The notes beneath the pieces were generated by a model, which worked only from the letters and a program-made list of their open reading frames with translations, was not told where the DNA came from and searched no databases. The translations under genes and the position numbers were made by a program. Positions 36,261-48,813 of a stretch of 64,000 bases of DNA are shown one piece after another. The stretch is from Amphiscolops sp. MND2022. Lineage: Eukaryota. Each line of letters opens with the position of its first letter. The first letter of the stretch is position 1. Where the stretch lies: NCBI GenBank assembly GCA_964187785.1, contig OZ076409.1, forward strand, positions 90,522,001 through 90,586,000, written 5' to 3'.

Positions 36261-39200
36261 AAACAAAAATACCTGTCTGAATTCACACCGCCTCTAACGC
36301 AATACGAACACCTGATAATGAAAACTAGGATGCACGTAATATTACAACACTCCATGAAACGACAACCTTCAAAGTTTCCTCGAGAGAAATTAAAGTGAAG
36401 CACGCAGTTCACGTTCTCAAAACCTAAGATTTAGAGCTTAGCATTTGTCAACTAAAACCCCTCACATGATCTTATGTTCTTACCCGGTTTTTCCGTGCCT
36501 CCACTCTCGCTAGCCACTGAAGCAGAGCTCACCGAAAGCCGACGGTATCACTCAGCCACACACTTCGCCCACGAACCCCCCAGCATCTTGCGACATGGAT
36601 GGACTTCTTGGCATTCGCAAAGTCATGGGAGAAGACAATCCCTGTCCTTAAGTCCTCCTAGCTACCACAGAATCCAAAGACTTCTGCGCTATGACAGCTT
36701 CACGAATCCGCGGATTTCAAATTGTTGATGAACTCATTCACCAACATAGCCCCAACTGTTCCCACACGACACAATCGGGCTTCTATCCTAACTTTAACAA
36801 GACTAGACTTCTCCTTAGTGAACTCATTCACTGCCGCATCCAAATCAGACGACGTAACGAGGCGAGCACCAGATATCCCTGCACAAAATACGATCATGGA
36901 AATTAAACAACTCGTATATTTGTCTTAAGAGACATAATACGTCAACGCAACAGAGGAAGCGGCTATCACAACCACAATAAGGTAGGTGCGACGATGACCC
37001 ACCGGGAAGATAAAGAACTACCGATGGAAATTAGTTACCTGATTGCATTTGGAGGGAAACCACCAAGCGACTTCTCAAGTCTGTCAACCCAACGGAGCCG
37101 AAATGGACACCTCATCATTGCTCTCCAACAGTTGATGCATCGCCGACACAATATCTTCTTCACTCAAGCTCTCTGCGAACGCAATAACCGGCGATACTTA
37201 ATTAGTAAAGTTACAAATACTGAGCATGTGTTTCCCGGGATGTACATCTACAACAATATTGGTGGAACTCAACCCTCTTACATACTCAAATACCAATGCG
37301 ATACGCTCAGCAACGCACATAAAACTACTCAAGACCAGAAAATGAGAAAGCGTATCTTAATACTCGAATCAATGTACTTACCGAATTCTTCAGATAATAC
37401 AATTTCCAGTAAAGAATTGATGACGTCGGTATTAGCCACACTGAACCTCGCTGCCACGAAGTTCTCATTCACTTTCTCTACACCTACAGGAAAAAATTAA
37501 CAAAATCTTCTGTTCATAAATTCATAAGCCTGCTGTACCAACGACTTATTTGCAAAGGTCAAAAACTGTCACTTGACATCTGTCTCTTATTCGTAATTGA
37601 AAAGTTTCTTCGATTCTGTCATGCCGGAAGCATGATTAGAATTACAAGAATAAAGTGACGCTGTTAAGCAAACAGCATCAAACAGCATCAACTACAGAAA
37701 AGCAACCAGAAAGAGAAGACGCCGTTATACTTGAAATTTCTTGTGATCCACTACAAATCTGGAAGTGAAACTGTCTACTACGCTACGTCATACCAATCAC
37801 AACAGTACCAGAAGAAATGATCGAAAATTAACATTGATTCTGTCACCTACACAGCGTCACCTGCAAGCGATGTCAAAATTATCGTCAAAAATCAAAAGTA
37901 ACGCTGTCACCTACACATGCAATCGATGTCAGGTAACCTTTAGACTTTAACTTCACCAAATTAACGACACCATGCATAGTTAAATGCAGTTGCATTGTAC
38001 GAGATATTCCAATGTTAGTAAAGTAGTAGTGAGTGATGATAGGTCTATCCCGTTTCTTTACCAATATCCAAAAGTAGAACCATTTTTGTAAAATCAGTGC
38101 TATTTACAGCAATATAAGCATCATACACTGTATTGCAGTACTCTAAACATAGTCAGTCACTCATGACAATTTAGACAGATTTCAGGTTACGATGGCAACA
38201 TACCATCATCATATCTCAAGGTAACCATTTACTCAATTTTTTCATGCTGTATTATTATATGATTCATGTAACGATGGAACACACCAGTATCGTGTTTCTC
38301 ACCAAAACCTCACTTGCGCAATTATTGGTATGACGCACTAATCATCACCTACCCAGTAGTGCAGTATCATTGGTCAAAACAGTCACCCGACGTTGTCACC
38401 TAACCAGCATTGGCGAAACTGGTAGCAGATGTTGAAATACAGTCAGAACATTTTGCAACAACTTGACGTAGAGTTGCTTACCACATCATCACAATCGTTT
38501 CTACATTTCATAACCACCATTCAAAACACACAATACTTTCAATTCAACAATCTTCCAGCCCCTTAAACTTTGAATCTTCCTTTATGGTGAACACTAGATC
38601 CCAAAGCGCAAGAAACGATACCACTATCACCAATAGAATGAACAGCTATAGTTGAGGTCACGACATTCCACTTTCAGTTCCGTAGCCATGTTGTCTCGCC
38701 GCATATTGATCGCAGGCAGCACACTCCTGACCGATGTCAGATTGATAAAGTTCGTCACAGAACTGTCAAGCCATAGGAATTCGAGACTTTCGCCCCCAAC
38801 GTAGGACGCTTCTCCGCAATCGCCTCCGCTTCTTCAATAGCAACTCTCTCTTCGACAGTCAAATTGAGGGACGTTTCAATGAGTACAGGCGGTTCAGACA
38901 TTTTTGCAAGTCGGATTCTCTTGTTCTCATCGGCAGACACCGGACGACAAGACTTGTACAATAACGGTTTCTGGACCATGATCTTATACTTCTGTTCAAG
39001 GCATGTAAGTTCAACACCTTTCCAGTGGTCCCATAAAGATGAAACTCCTCGCCCAGCGATCCTCAAGTCTACTCTGCATAATACGCATCGAGCGAAACTG
39101 TCGATCTCTCGTCTATGCCGAGGACACCCGACATATGTCCCTACGACAACAGACACAAAGTAGGACAGCTTCAGGGTTTCACTTTTCGATGACGAATTGA

Positions 39201-41592
39201 AACAAAAATACCTGTCTGAATTCACACCGCCTCTAACGCAATACGAACACCTGATAATGAAAACTAGGATGCACGTAATATTACAACACTCCATGAAACG
39301 ACAACCTTCAAAGTTTCCTCGAGAGAAATTAAAGTGAAGCACGCAGTTCACGTTCTCAAAACCTAAGATTTAGAGCTTAGCATTTGTCAACTAAAACCCC
39401 TCACATGATCTTATGTTCTTACCCGGTTTTTCCGTGCCTCCACTCTCGCTAGCCACTGAAGCAGAGCTCACCGAAAGCCGACGGTATCACTCAGCCACAC
39501 ACTTCGCCCACGAACCCCCCAGCATCTTGCGACATGGATGGACTTCTTGGCATTCGCAAAGTCATGGGAGAAGACAATCCCTGTCCTTAAGTCCTCCTAG
39601 CTACCACAGAATCCAAAGACTTCTGCGCTATGACAGCTTCACGAATCCGCGGATTTCAAATTGTTGATGAACTCATTCACCAACATAGCCCCAACTGTTC
39701 CCACACGACACAATCGGGCTTCTATCCTAACTTTAACAAGACTAGACTTCTCCTTAGTGAACTCATTCACTGCCGCATCCAAATCAGACGACGTAACGAG
39801 GCGAGCACCAGATATCCCTGCACAAAATACGATCATGGAAATTAAACAACTCGTATATTTGTCTTAAGAGACATAATACGTCAACGCAACAGAGGAAGCG
39901 GCTATCACAACCACAATAAGGTAGGTGCGACGATGACCCACCGGGAAGATAAAGAACTACCGATGGAAATTAGTTACCTGATTGCATTTGGAGGGAAACC
40001 ACCAAGCGACTTCTCAAGTCTGTCAACCCAACGGAGCCGAAATGGACACCTCATCATTGCTCTCCAACAGTTGATGCATCGCCGACACAATATCTTCTTC
40101 ACTCAAGCTCTCTGCGAACGCAATAACCGGCGATACTTAATTAGTAAAGTTACAAATACTGAGCATGTGTTTCCCGGGATGTACATCTACAACAATATTG
40201 GTGGAACTCAACCCTCTTACATACTCAAATACCAATGCGATACGCTCAGCAACGCACATAAAACTACTCAAGACCAGAAAATGAGAAAGCGTATCTTAAT
40301 ACTCGAATCAATGTACTTACCGAATTCTTCAGATAATACAATTTCCAGTAAAGAATTGATGACGTCGGTATTAGCCACACTGAACCTCGCTGCCACGAAG
40401 TTCTCATTCACTTTCTCTACACCTACAGGAAAAAATTAACAAAATCTTCTGTTCATAAATTCATAAGCCTGCTGTACCAACGACTTATTTGCAAAGGTCA
40501 AAAACTGTCACTTGACATCTGTCTCTTATTCGTCAATGAAAAGTTTCTTCGATTCTGTTATGCCGGAAGCATGATTAGAATTACAAGAATAAAGTGACGC
40601 TGTTAAGCAAACAGCATCAAACAGCATCAAAAACAGAAAAGCAACCAGAAAAAGAAGTTGCCGTTATACTTGAAATTTCTAGTGATGCACTACAAATCTG
40701 GAAGTGAAACTGTCTACTACGCTACATCATACCAATCACAACAGTACCAGGAGAAATGATCGAGAATTAACATTGATTCTGTCACCTACACAGCGTCACG
40801 TGCAAGCGATGTCAAAATTATCATCAAAAATCAAAAGTAACGCTGTCACATACACATGCAATCGATGTCAGGTAACCTTCAGACTTTAACTTCACCAAAT
40901 TAACGACACCATGTAAATTTAAATACTGTTGCATTGTACGAGATATTCCAATATTAGTAAAGTAGTAGTGAGTGATGATAGGTCTAACCCGTTTCTATAC
41001 CAATAGCCAAAAGTAGAACCATTTTTGTAAAATCAGTGCTATTTACACCAATATAAGCATCATACACTGTATTGCGGTACTCGTACTCTAAACATAGTCA
41101 GTCACTCATGACAATTTAGACAGATTTCAGGTTACGATGGCAACATACCATCATCATATCTCCAGGTAACCATTTATTCAATTATTTAATGCTTTATTAA
41201 TATATGATTCATGTAACGATGGAACACACCAGCATCGTGTTTCTCACCAAAACCTCACTTGCGCAACTATTGGTATGACGCACTAATCAACACCTACCCA
41301 GTAGTGCAGTATCATTGGTCAAAACAGTCACCCGACGTTGTCACCTAACCAGCATTGGCGAAATTGGTAGCAGATGTTGAAATACAGTCAGAACATATTA
41401 CAACAACTTGACGTAGAGTTGCTTACCACATCATCACAATCGTTTCTACATTTCATAACCATCATTTAAAACATACAATACTTTCAATTCAACAATCTTC
41501 CAACCCCCTAAACTTTGCATCTTCCTTTATGGTGAACACTAGATCCCAAAGCGCAAGAAACGATATCACTATCACCAATAGAATGAACAGCT
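35709..41592 (+). repeat. Tandem duplication, unit about 2.94 kb (35709-38647, 38648-41592)
   Basis: ORF pairs at constant offset 2939; junction microhomology ATAGT. Confidence 0.92.
37617..38652 (+). repeat. Family C LTR copy, 3'-truncated at the duplication junction
   Basis: Starts TGTCATGCCGGAAGC and is collinear with 40556-41597. Confidence 0.8.
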
Positions 41593-41850
41593 ATAGTGAT
41601 AACGAAAGTGAATGAAGTGTACCTGAGGTCCTCTCTAGAAGTCAAATAGCTGAGTTTGACAACGGAGATTTACTCAGTCAGAGAGACAACTTTGAGCAAA
41701 ATATGGTTAACTAACTATTTTCTGAGATGAACAGGCCAATCAGTGACTTAACTAATCTAGTACTAGCACTGACAGAAAAGATATCCTCTACAAATAGGAA
41801 CGGGAACGGATTACAAACTATTTCTAATACACACGACACCCATTCCGACA
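40556..41850 (+). repeat. Complete family C LTR (1295 bp) containing the gag 5' end (ATG 41529)
   Basis: TGT...ACA ends, GATTC on both sides, degenerate gag start MVNTRSQSARND. Confidence 0.8.
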
Positions 41851-42329
41851 GATTCCTCTGAAGACGCAATTGTCTACAGATTTCCAAACTAATATGATTG
41901 CAACCAAAAGCATTCATTATCTTTGGACAAAACATATTGGACTCAACTAAATAATTAGCTGCTCACCATACTCTTTCATGAAAAAATATAAATAGCTAGT
42001 GTTTTTCTTGAATAAAAAAAGACCGAAAAAGGTCAAACCTTTCGAATTTCTTGGAATTTAATTATTAAATGGCTATACTCGAATCCTAAAATTATGCCAT
42101 CGACGAGTTTCCCCGGGACGGATAAAATCGATGCTCATTGGGCGTCTTGTTTTCCACTTAATTGGCGCTATTTCGCGACAGCACTATTTATGAAAGAAGA
42201 AAGTTAATGAAACCAATTCCGCAGGGTGGATGCCGAATAAGCTCTTCTGCTTTTTTAAGGCGCTGTTTCGGATACTATACCCCATAGCCAGATATGGTGC
42301 CATATTTGCAGCCAAGGGGTCAAGTAATG

Positions 42330-42560
42330 GTTGACCTGAAGCTGCGGTTTGAAAGTGACTTCCTCAATGTCACAAACTTCTGACTGCTCACTAGTGCTTT
42401 TTTGCTTTATCCCCAAATGCTTTATTTTTTGTCACTGACCATACCACTAAGCTAGGGATGAAGGACGTGCTCAAGGACCAACATTGGTGAGTTGAGAGAG
42501 CCTCGATCCTGTTACCGCTCCGGTACAGGACGAATGCTCTAACCACTACACCATGTTCCC
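42330..42560 (-). mobile_element. tRNA-derived SINE
   Basis: Reverse strand starts GGGAACATGGTGTAGTGGTTAGAGCA (box A), then box-B-like GGATCGAG, then a GTCCTTGAGCA core-like motif; homologous to 42718-42906. Confidence 0.6.
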
Positions 42561-42717
42561 CTATCATCACCTTCCTTGTTGCGATTCATTTGAAGATTTG
42601 AAGCTGCGTGTTGTGATTGTATAATGACGATACTACTTTTCAACGTTTTTTCGTTAGTCTAAAGTATTGAATTTTGCTACTATTTTCCAAAATGTTGTGT
42701 AATATTAGGGATTCTAA

Positions 42718-42906
42718 GGGAGCATGGTGTAGTTGTAACGGTGCGGCATCAGATTAGAATCTCCTCCACTCACCATTGTTGTGCCTTGAGCAAGTCAACA
42801 AAATCCCAAGCTTAGTGGATTGGTCTTGACAAAAAATAACGCCTTTGGCAAAGAAAAAAAAGAGCTTCAATGAACAATCAGATCTCTGTGACCTTGAGCA
42901 ACTCAC
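42718..42906 (+). mobile_element. tRNA-derived SINE, second copy, interrupted by an LTR fragment
   Basis: GGGAGCATGGTGTAG head and GTGCCTTGAGCAAGTCA / GTGACCTTGAGCAACTCAC motifs; collinear with the reverse copy. Confidence 0.55.
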
Positions 42907-43623
42907 TGTCATGCCGTAAGCATGAATGAGTTGTCACAATAAAATGTCGTTGTCAACTAAAGTGCATCAAAAAGTGAAAAAGTAACCATTGCAAATATAA
43001 GCGGAGGTCAATGCAGCTGATCACACAACGTTACGAAAAAACGTGAAGCAGAAATAGAGCGAGAATTAGATAGAAATGTTTAGTGTAAAAAAGAATAACC
43101 AGTGATGCCACTTACATAACAACATCATAGATTTTCCTTCAGAAAAACAATCGAAAACTTTTTAAACAATACTAAAGTACTCAACGACTGACATATGATC
43201 AACGACTGACATATTCGGTCAATTTTTGTAGTTCATCGATGATCTTACCTAGTTAGCAAAACATGTAACTTAACTGAAAAAAGTTCACTACATATTACAT
43301 TTGAGAAAATAAACCCAAACTTTTCAACATTCAACTAATTCAATACTTTCTTGCATCTTGTATTAGAAATAATTTCGAGAAAGAATTACAAGAGAACTAT
43401 GAGTCATACGGTGATGACGAGCATCGAAGTATCCCTGATGTTGTCCGTAACCGAATCGGTGACGATATTGTCGCAGAGTTTTTTGTTATCAAGAAACACA
43501 ACACGAAAGAATCAGAAATGAACGCAGATTCTCAGAAGTGAACGAGCAGATCAGCGAGCTGACTTCTCTAGTAAAAGCACTCACTGACCACGTTACTACT
43601 AGTCAAAAAAGGAACTTTTGACA
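42907..43623 (+). repeat. Degraded LTR related to family C
   Basis: Begins TGTCATGCCGTAAGCATGA; near its end encodes RFSEVNEQISELTSLVKALT, similar to LFSEMNRPISDLTNLVLALT at about 41715-41775; 3' boundary uncertain. Confidence 0.5.
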
Positions 43624-44310
43624 GGAATTTCCTTTAACTAAGGGAAGAGAACATCCCAGGTTTTCGATCTTTACGAATCTGTGCAGCTCTGCAGGATTTT
43701 TGCAGATTTTTGCAGATATGTGCATATTCGAAAAAAACTGTCATACTCAGAAACACAATAAAAACCCCACAGCGATGTCAAACGAATAAAAAAATGTTTA
43801 AAACTGGAGAGAAGTCTCATTTATGTCAAAATGATGAAACATTTTTCTGTAGCAAGCTGTACAGATCTGTACAGATTACAGATCTTTACAGAGCCAAACA
43901 ATGACCAATAAATTACATATTTAAATAAATCTGGCAAACGAAAGTCAATATGGCAAACGAGCCTCTCAAAGTTCAGCAGTTTAGTGATCCTTTCTTCCAA
44001 GCTATGACATAGCGAGCTATGATACCACACAGTCAAGTGGTGATGCAATGGTCGACTTGAAGCTATGGTTTTAAAGTGAGTGCCAGGATCACATGATGTG
44101 CCTAGGTTGACAACGTTCAATATATATCCCACCTTTTCGTGGTTTTTCTTAGTTCTAATTTCTTACAAGTTTCATAAGGGGTTTCATATTGATTTCATAA
44201 GGGTTTAATAGGGGTCTCATATTGAAAATTATCAAGCATTGAAATGTTCAAAATCAGCAGCTTTTCTTTTTCAAATTGAACTGTTAGTTGAATGAGTCGC
44301 TTGATTCTAG

Positions 44311-45282
44311 ATCTGCCTCGGAGTCTTGACGTTTGCTGTGAGTCTGTATTTGCTAATATGTATGGTGACCCTGAAAGAAATCGAAGGATACGCTAATATG
44401 CCGTTCGGTATTTTGACAGCGTATCATTTAGTTTCCGTTGGGGTCGCTGGAACTTTCCAATCCTGCTTCGCACTTTGGTTGGTAACTGAAACGAACTACA
44501 ATAACTTTTTTCAAACTCACAACACCCTCAATTCTGCAGCGTTCTGCGCTTTGGAAACTTTCAATTATGCGGGACCTGAGTATTCGACAGGGGTATGCAT
44601 GCTTGCCCTCGCTGTTCAGAGATTCATTCTGGTTCGAATGCCCTTCAAAGCCAAAGCTATTCTGACAACAAAATTCTATAAAATTGTTACCATTGTGCTA
44701 TTAACGTTTGCAGGAGTTATGACGGTCGGAACTGTGGTATTTTCAATGCTGAAAAAAATACTGGACAACGAATGCACACCGTATTATTACAGTTCGACTA
44801 GAGTGCAGGGAATTGTAGAGAGCACTATTTTCCTGTTCATACCGGCATTCATCTGTGTCGTCTTGTACTCACAAGTGGGGGTTGCACTATGGCACAGTGT
44901 CTCAATGCAAGCTCGTAACCGACAACTCACAATTCTTTTCATCATTTCTTGTGTAACATGGATACTACTTTGGGTCCCTAGCAAGGTCTTTTATATCCTA
45001 TATGATTCTTGGGAATTCGACCTCAAGTCATACGAAATTCTCACGAAAAGGAGTCACGGATATTTCATTATACAAGGCTTTTATCACTGCGTCTACTTGG
45101 CTTTCTCAGCTTTGAACCCAATCATATTCATCCTGTGTTGCACCCCAACTCAACAGCCGCTCAAGAGCTTTGCCCAACGGTTGCGTGGGGTATTCAGGTG
45201 TTTCTCACTGTGTGAACAGAAGCGTGAAATACCGAACAATGCTGGAAAAACTTCTGAAACCCCTGCAAACAATATTCGCTGA
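44311..45282 (+). CDS. Rhodopsin-like (class A) G-protein-coupled receptor, main exon
   Basis: Seven hydrophobic segments; LALAVQRF (DRY position), TM5 proline FIPAF, WILLWVP (CWxP position), LNPIIF (NPxxY position); acceptor TTCTAG at 44305-44310; AATAAA at 45321-45326. Confidence 0.88.
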   Translation: MCLGVLTFAVSLYLLICMVTLKEIEGYANMPFGILTAYHLVSVGVAGTFQSCFALWLVTETNYNNFFQTHNTLNSAAFCALETFNYAGPEYSTGVCMLALAVQRFILVRMPFKAKAILTTKFYKIVTIVLLTFAGVMTVGTVVFSMLKKILDNECTPYYYSSTRVQGIVESTIFLFIPAFICVVLYSQVGVALWHSVSMQARNRQLTILFIISCVTWILLWVPSKVFYILYDSWEFDLKSYEILTKRSHGYFIIQGFYHCVYLAFSALNPIIFILCCTPTQQPLKSFAQRLRGVFRCFSLCEQKREIPNNAGKTSETPANNIR

Positions 45283-45935
45283 AACACTCTGCTTGAATGA
45301 AGCTCGTCTTTGCTATCCAGAATAAAATATAATTTTCCCTCAGATTGCTTTTCTAAACTTTCAACCTTTAAAGAACTTCATAAAACTTCAAATAAATGAT
45401 TGATTTGTATAACGAGTGACCCTAAATTTCTCTTATTAATATTGATTAACTTCCCTTTTTTCCTTTTTTAGAAATTGAACGCTTTCCTTCAGTTTTATCT
45501 ATACGTATTCTGAATTTAATAATCGAGTTATTTGATTTGAATTTTTTCGAATGACAAAATTGCCTCATTCAAAAAGACTTGGATATAAAGCACTGTGATA
45601 AGTTTTTCTGAGGAGTGGGCTGAAATCTTCAAAAACTTTCACCTGTTGCAGGAAAACATCGGTTTCTATAACCTGGAAAGGATTTACTCTGGATTCAATA
45701 TTGCACTTTGTTACTGATCAAATAACGTTTTCAATCCTCATGATTCACCAGAATTTGAGCAATTGCAACGAACATCACGTGGTGTCTTCAGAATTGATTC
45801 TTAATTGAATCTTAATTCTGGGATTGAAATCAATTTGGAAACCCATCCAGCTCAACAAACTGAAGCACCTTGTTGATGAAGCCCAAAATAGTCACTAATT
45901 TCATAATTATTGAATGGAAAATACTTTCAGTATTA

Positions 45936-46340
45936 AACAAACTGGGAACGGCATAAATCGGCGCTCGCTTGAGGGTCAAAAAGAGCAAAAGTACTTCAAG
46001 GATTCCCTTTTGAATAAGTTCTCAATTTAACAATACCGAAGAAAAACACGAAGAGGGCACCCTTTGGACTTCAAAGAGCTTTGTTTTGCTTTGATTCTCA
46101 AGACAAACATAAAAAAACTTTACTACTGCTGACTTTATAACCAAAAACCATAAAACCCAAATGAGAATCTTTTCCGTAACAAAATAACGCACAGTGCCCT
46201 GGTGTTGAAAACGCTTTTTTCTATTCAAAAATTCATAAACAACCAAAGGTGGACCTTTTGGAAAATTTACTTTTCTTCGAAAAATGTCCCATAGTTCCGA
46301 AAAGAACCCATCATGCTCCGAAAATAATTCTTTTTGTGCC
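45936..46340 (-). mobile_element. Partial, diverged Helentron-associated element
   Basis: Reverse strand ends GCGCCGATTTATGCCGTTCCCAGTTTGTT; internal CGCACAGTGCC and GGACCTTT modules; other end not found. Confidence 0.4.
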
Positions 46341-46455
46341 ATACATCTTGCAAAAACGCGCAACACGAGGATACTCGAAGATATATGATTCCGATTTGTA
46401 TATGCCGTTCAGCTTTTTCGAATGAATGTCTGAATTCCCGTTTATACAGCGTTGC

Positions 46456-48388
46456 TGTCACGACCCGCTCCCGGTCGTAATTTTACTTGCTGCTCTGGAA
46501 TACCGGGATTTGGCAGAGGACACGGACAAGGGCAAAGTAAATACTTTTAAACTTTGTTAAACTAAGTTAAACTAATCAAATTCTACTTACAGTACAGCTA
46601 AATAAGTGCGAATAATTTTCCAGATACAGAATTCAACGTAAGCGTTACGGAAGATTTTCAGAAATGACTTTAAACTAGCTAAAACTTCCGGTCTAATGTT
46701 TTCACACGCAACGCTGTTTTATTTCCGGTTTTATCTTCTGAGTTTTTCCATTCCAATCTAAATACTAAAACAAAAACATTTTTGCAAACGGGATCATTTT
46801 GACGCTCCACACTAAAATGAAAGCACAGAAACGACATTTAACTCCGAGATCCCAACGGAGTCCATAAAATCTAAAATGAGAGAACATACAAAATAGAGTA
46901 GAAATGTATTCCAATATTAAAGTAGTTGTTAAATATCCATTTAAAACCGCAGTCAAGTGATTTTAAGTAAATGTTTACAACGTTATGACAGCGTCATTCA
47001 ACTAGGCTAGCAACGGATGTTTCTATTTTTACGGACCAATAGCGTCGCTCGCTGGTGGAATTATTTGAGCTCATACCAATAGAATTGCGCTTGGTTGCCC
47101 CTAGCAACGCTTACTAGCTAAGAAGAGAGAATAGAATCGCCTATGCTCTCCGTTTTCACTCCGCCTGCTACTGCTGCTCAGCTATGACCAATCTTAATAC
47201 GCACGGGGCGCTTACGGAGCGGATTGTAAAATTGTATTCCGCCGCTCAGCTATAACCAATCTTAATACATACGGAACGCATTCGGAACAAATTGTAAAAA
47301 CAGCAACTATGAAGTATTGTTCTAAACAGAGTTTAAACGGGGTTTTCTGAATCGAAGCATTTTAAAGGTTCCAAGAATAACTTTACATAAGGAAAGCTGT
47401 ACTGTAAGAGAGAATTAAAAAGCTTACCGTGTACTTTAATCTTGCATTGTAAAAGTAATACGTTAACACCACGTTGCATGAGGCTTCCTTTTAAATGATC
47501 TAACATTGAGTATTATATTATTACGTTCTGCTGACGTAGCTAAAAAAGACAACGTGAGGATAACGTCTGGTGCTAGTAATCCCTTCAGTTAGGAACACGC
47601 ATGTTATTTTTGTCAATGATATTCAAGTACGCTGCTAGTGTTAAGGGTGCTATGAAGCCCCCCTTATATTACGAACGACTCACTGTTTGTTGTTTTGTAC
47701 TAATGTTGGCGCAACAACGCCGGAAGTTCATATCCTATGCTTTTCGCTACAACTACCGTTGTGTTTACGTTTTGTGCAATTTTGTACTAAATAAGTATTT
47801 TTGTCGTTTCATGATGTAAAACGGTGGTTCAAAGGTGATCTAGTGAAATTCTTTCAGCATCATTTTTTCCTCCCTAATAACTAGACTTTTCCATTTTCTG
47901 AAATTCTTGATTCCGTTTCATTTCCGTCGTCATTTTTGAGTGTCATTCTTTTGCTTCGAATCTCAATTTCCTAACTAGAATGCTGACTAATTGATCACGC
48001 CGGCGTGCCTACGCTGATGAAAATGTCAGCTAGACTTCTCTTTTACAGCAATTTTGATGCTCAAACCGGAAATGGATTATCTGAACAAAAATGATTTCAA
48101 CAAAATTTTACGGAATAGTGACGCAACTAGGAATTTCGATACCTGAATTTATGACGTCGGGCTGAAATAATTTGAATCATTAGCGCTTTTTGTTGAACAA
48201 ACCCGATTTTGTGATACCTAGGAGTTTTTAGGTGACGAACAAATGATGCTGGGAGTGTATAAATATGTAAAACATACATGTAATTCATTCAGTTTTTGTA
48301 ATCTGTTTTGGAACAATTAGTTCTGTTCCGTTATCGTAACGTGTTCAAAAGAAAACTTAAATTTTTGAAGAATTCAATCTTTCCAAAG

Positions 48389-48428
<40 letters not shown>

Positions 48429-48813
48429 GACTAAAATGACAACCAGAAGTCAGAAAAGGAAAGCAGTAGCCGAGTTGGTCTCTGGTGATTTTGAAACCTC
48501 CGTAACCGAGAACTCTCCGTCTGAAAACCTTGTAGCTAGTTCCAGCAAAGTTCCTAGAATAGAACCTGAGAGCCTGACTGAGATAAATCGTCTCTAAGGA
48601 GAGAAATCATGTCTGATCTAACTAAAATACTTGCAGAAAACCAAATAGAAATGCCTAAACTGATAGCACCTTCAAACAAGAAACAAACTGTCTTCATGAA
48701 TGCCCAAGACTCCGACTCTGAGCCAGAGAATGTCTCCGTAGCAAGGACGTCTACCCCCGTCAAAACCCATACTGCGACTAACCCTAAAACAACACCGGTA
48801 AATAGTCGTAACA
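46456..48813 (+). mobile_element. Solo LTR (2358 bp), family D, containing a gag 5' end
   Basis: TGTCACGAC...GTCGTAACA inverted termini; TSD GTTGC (46451-46455, 48814-48818); TATAAA near 48258 with TCAGTT about 30 bp later; gag-like MTTRSQKRKAVAEL from 48436 running, with lesions, to the LTR end. Confidence 0.85.
48392..48425 (+). repeat. (CT)17 microsatellite
   Basis: Read directly; lies 10 bp upstream of the LTR-borne gag ATG. Confidence 0.95.

Larger units (their letters stand above)
17533..41850 (+). mobile_element. Rearranged long-LTR Ty3/gypsy element, family C (host of element A)
   Basis: LTR start TGTCATGCCGGAAGCATG at 17533, split by element A and resuming at 33619; complete LTR 40556-41850 ending CCGACA; GATTC at 17528-17532 and 41851-41855 fits a 5-bp TSD; internal integrase HHCC fragment and antisense gene fragments. 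Confidence 0.7.

Noticed and set aside
36994..37500. 168-aa ORF (duplicated at 39933) as a family C ORF3 equivalent
   Set aside because: The position is suggestive, but I see no similarity to ORF3 of A or B and the two copies give no selection signal.
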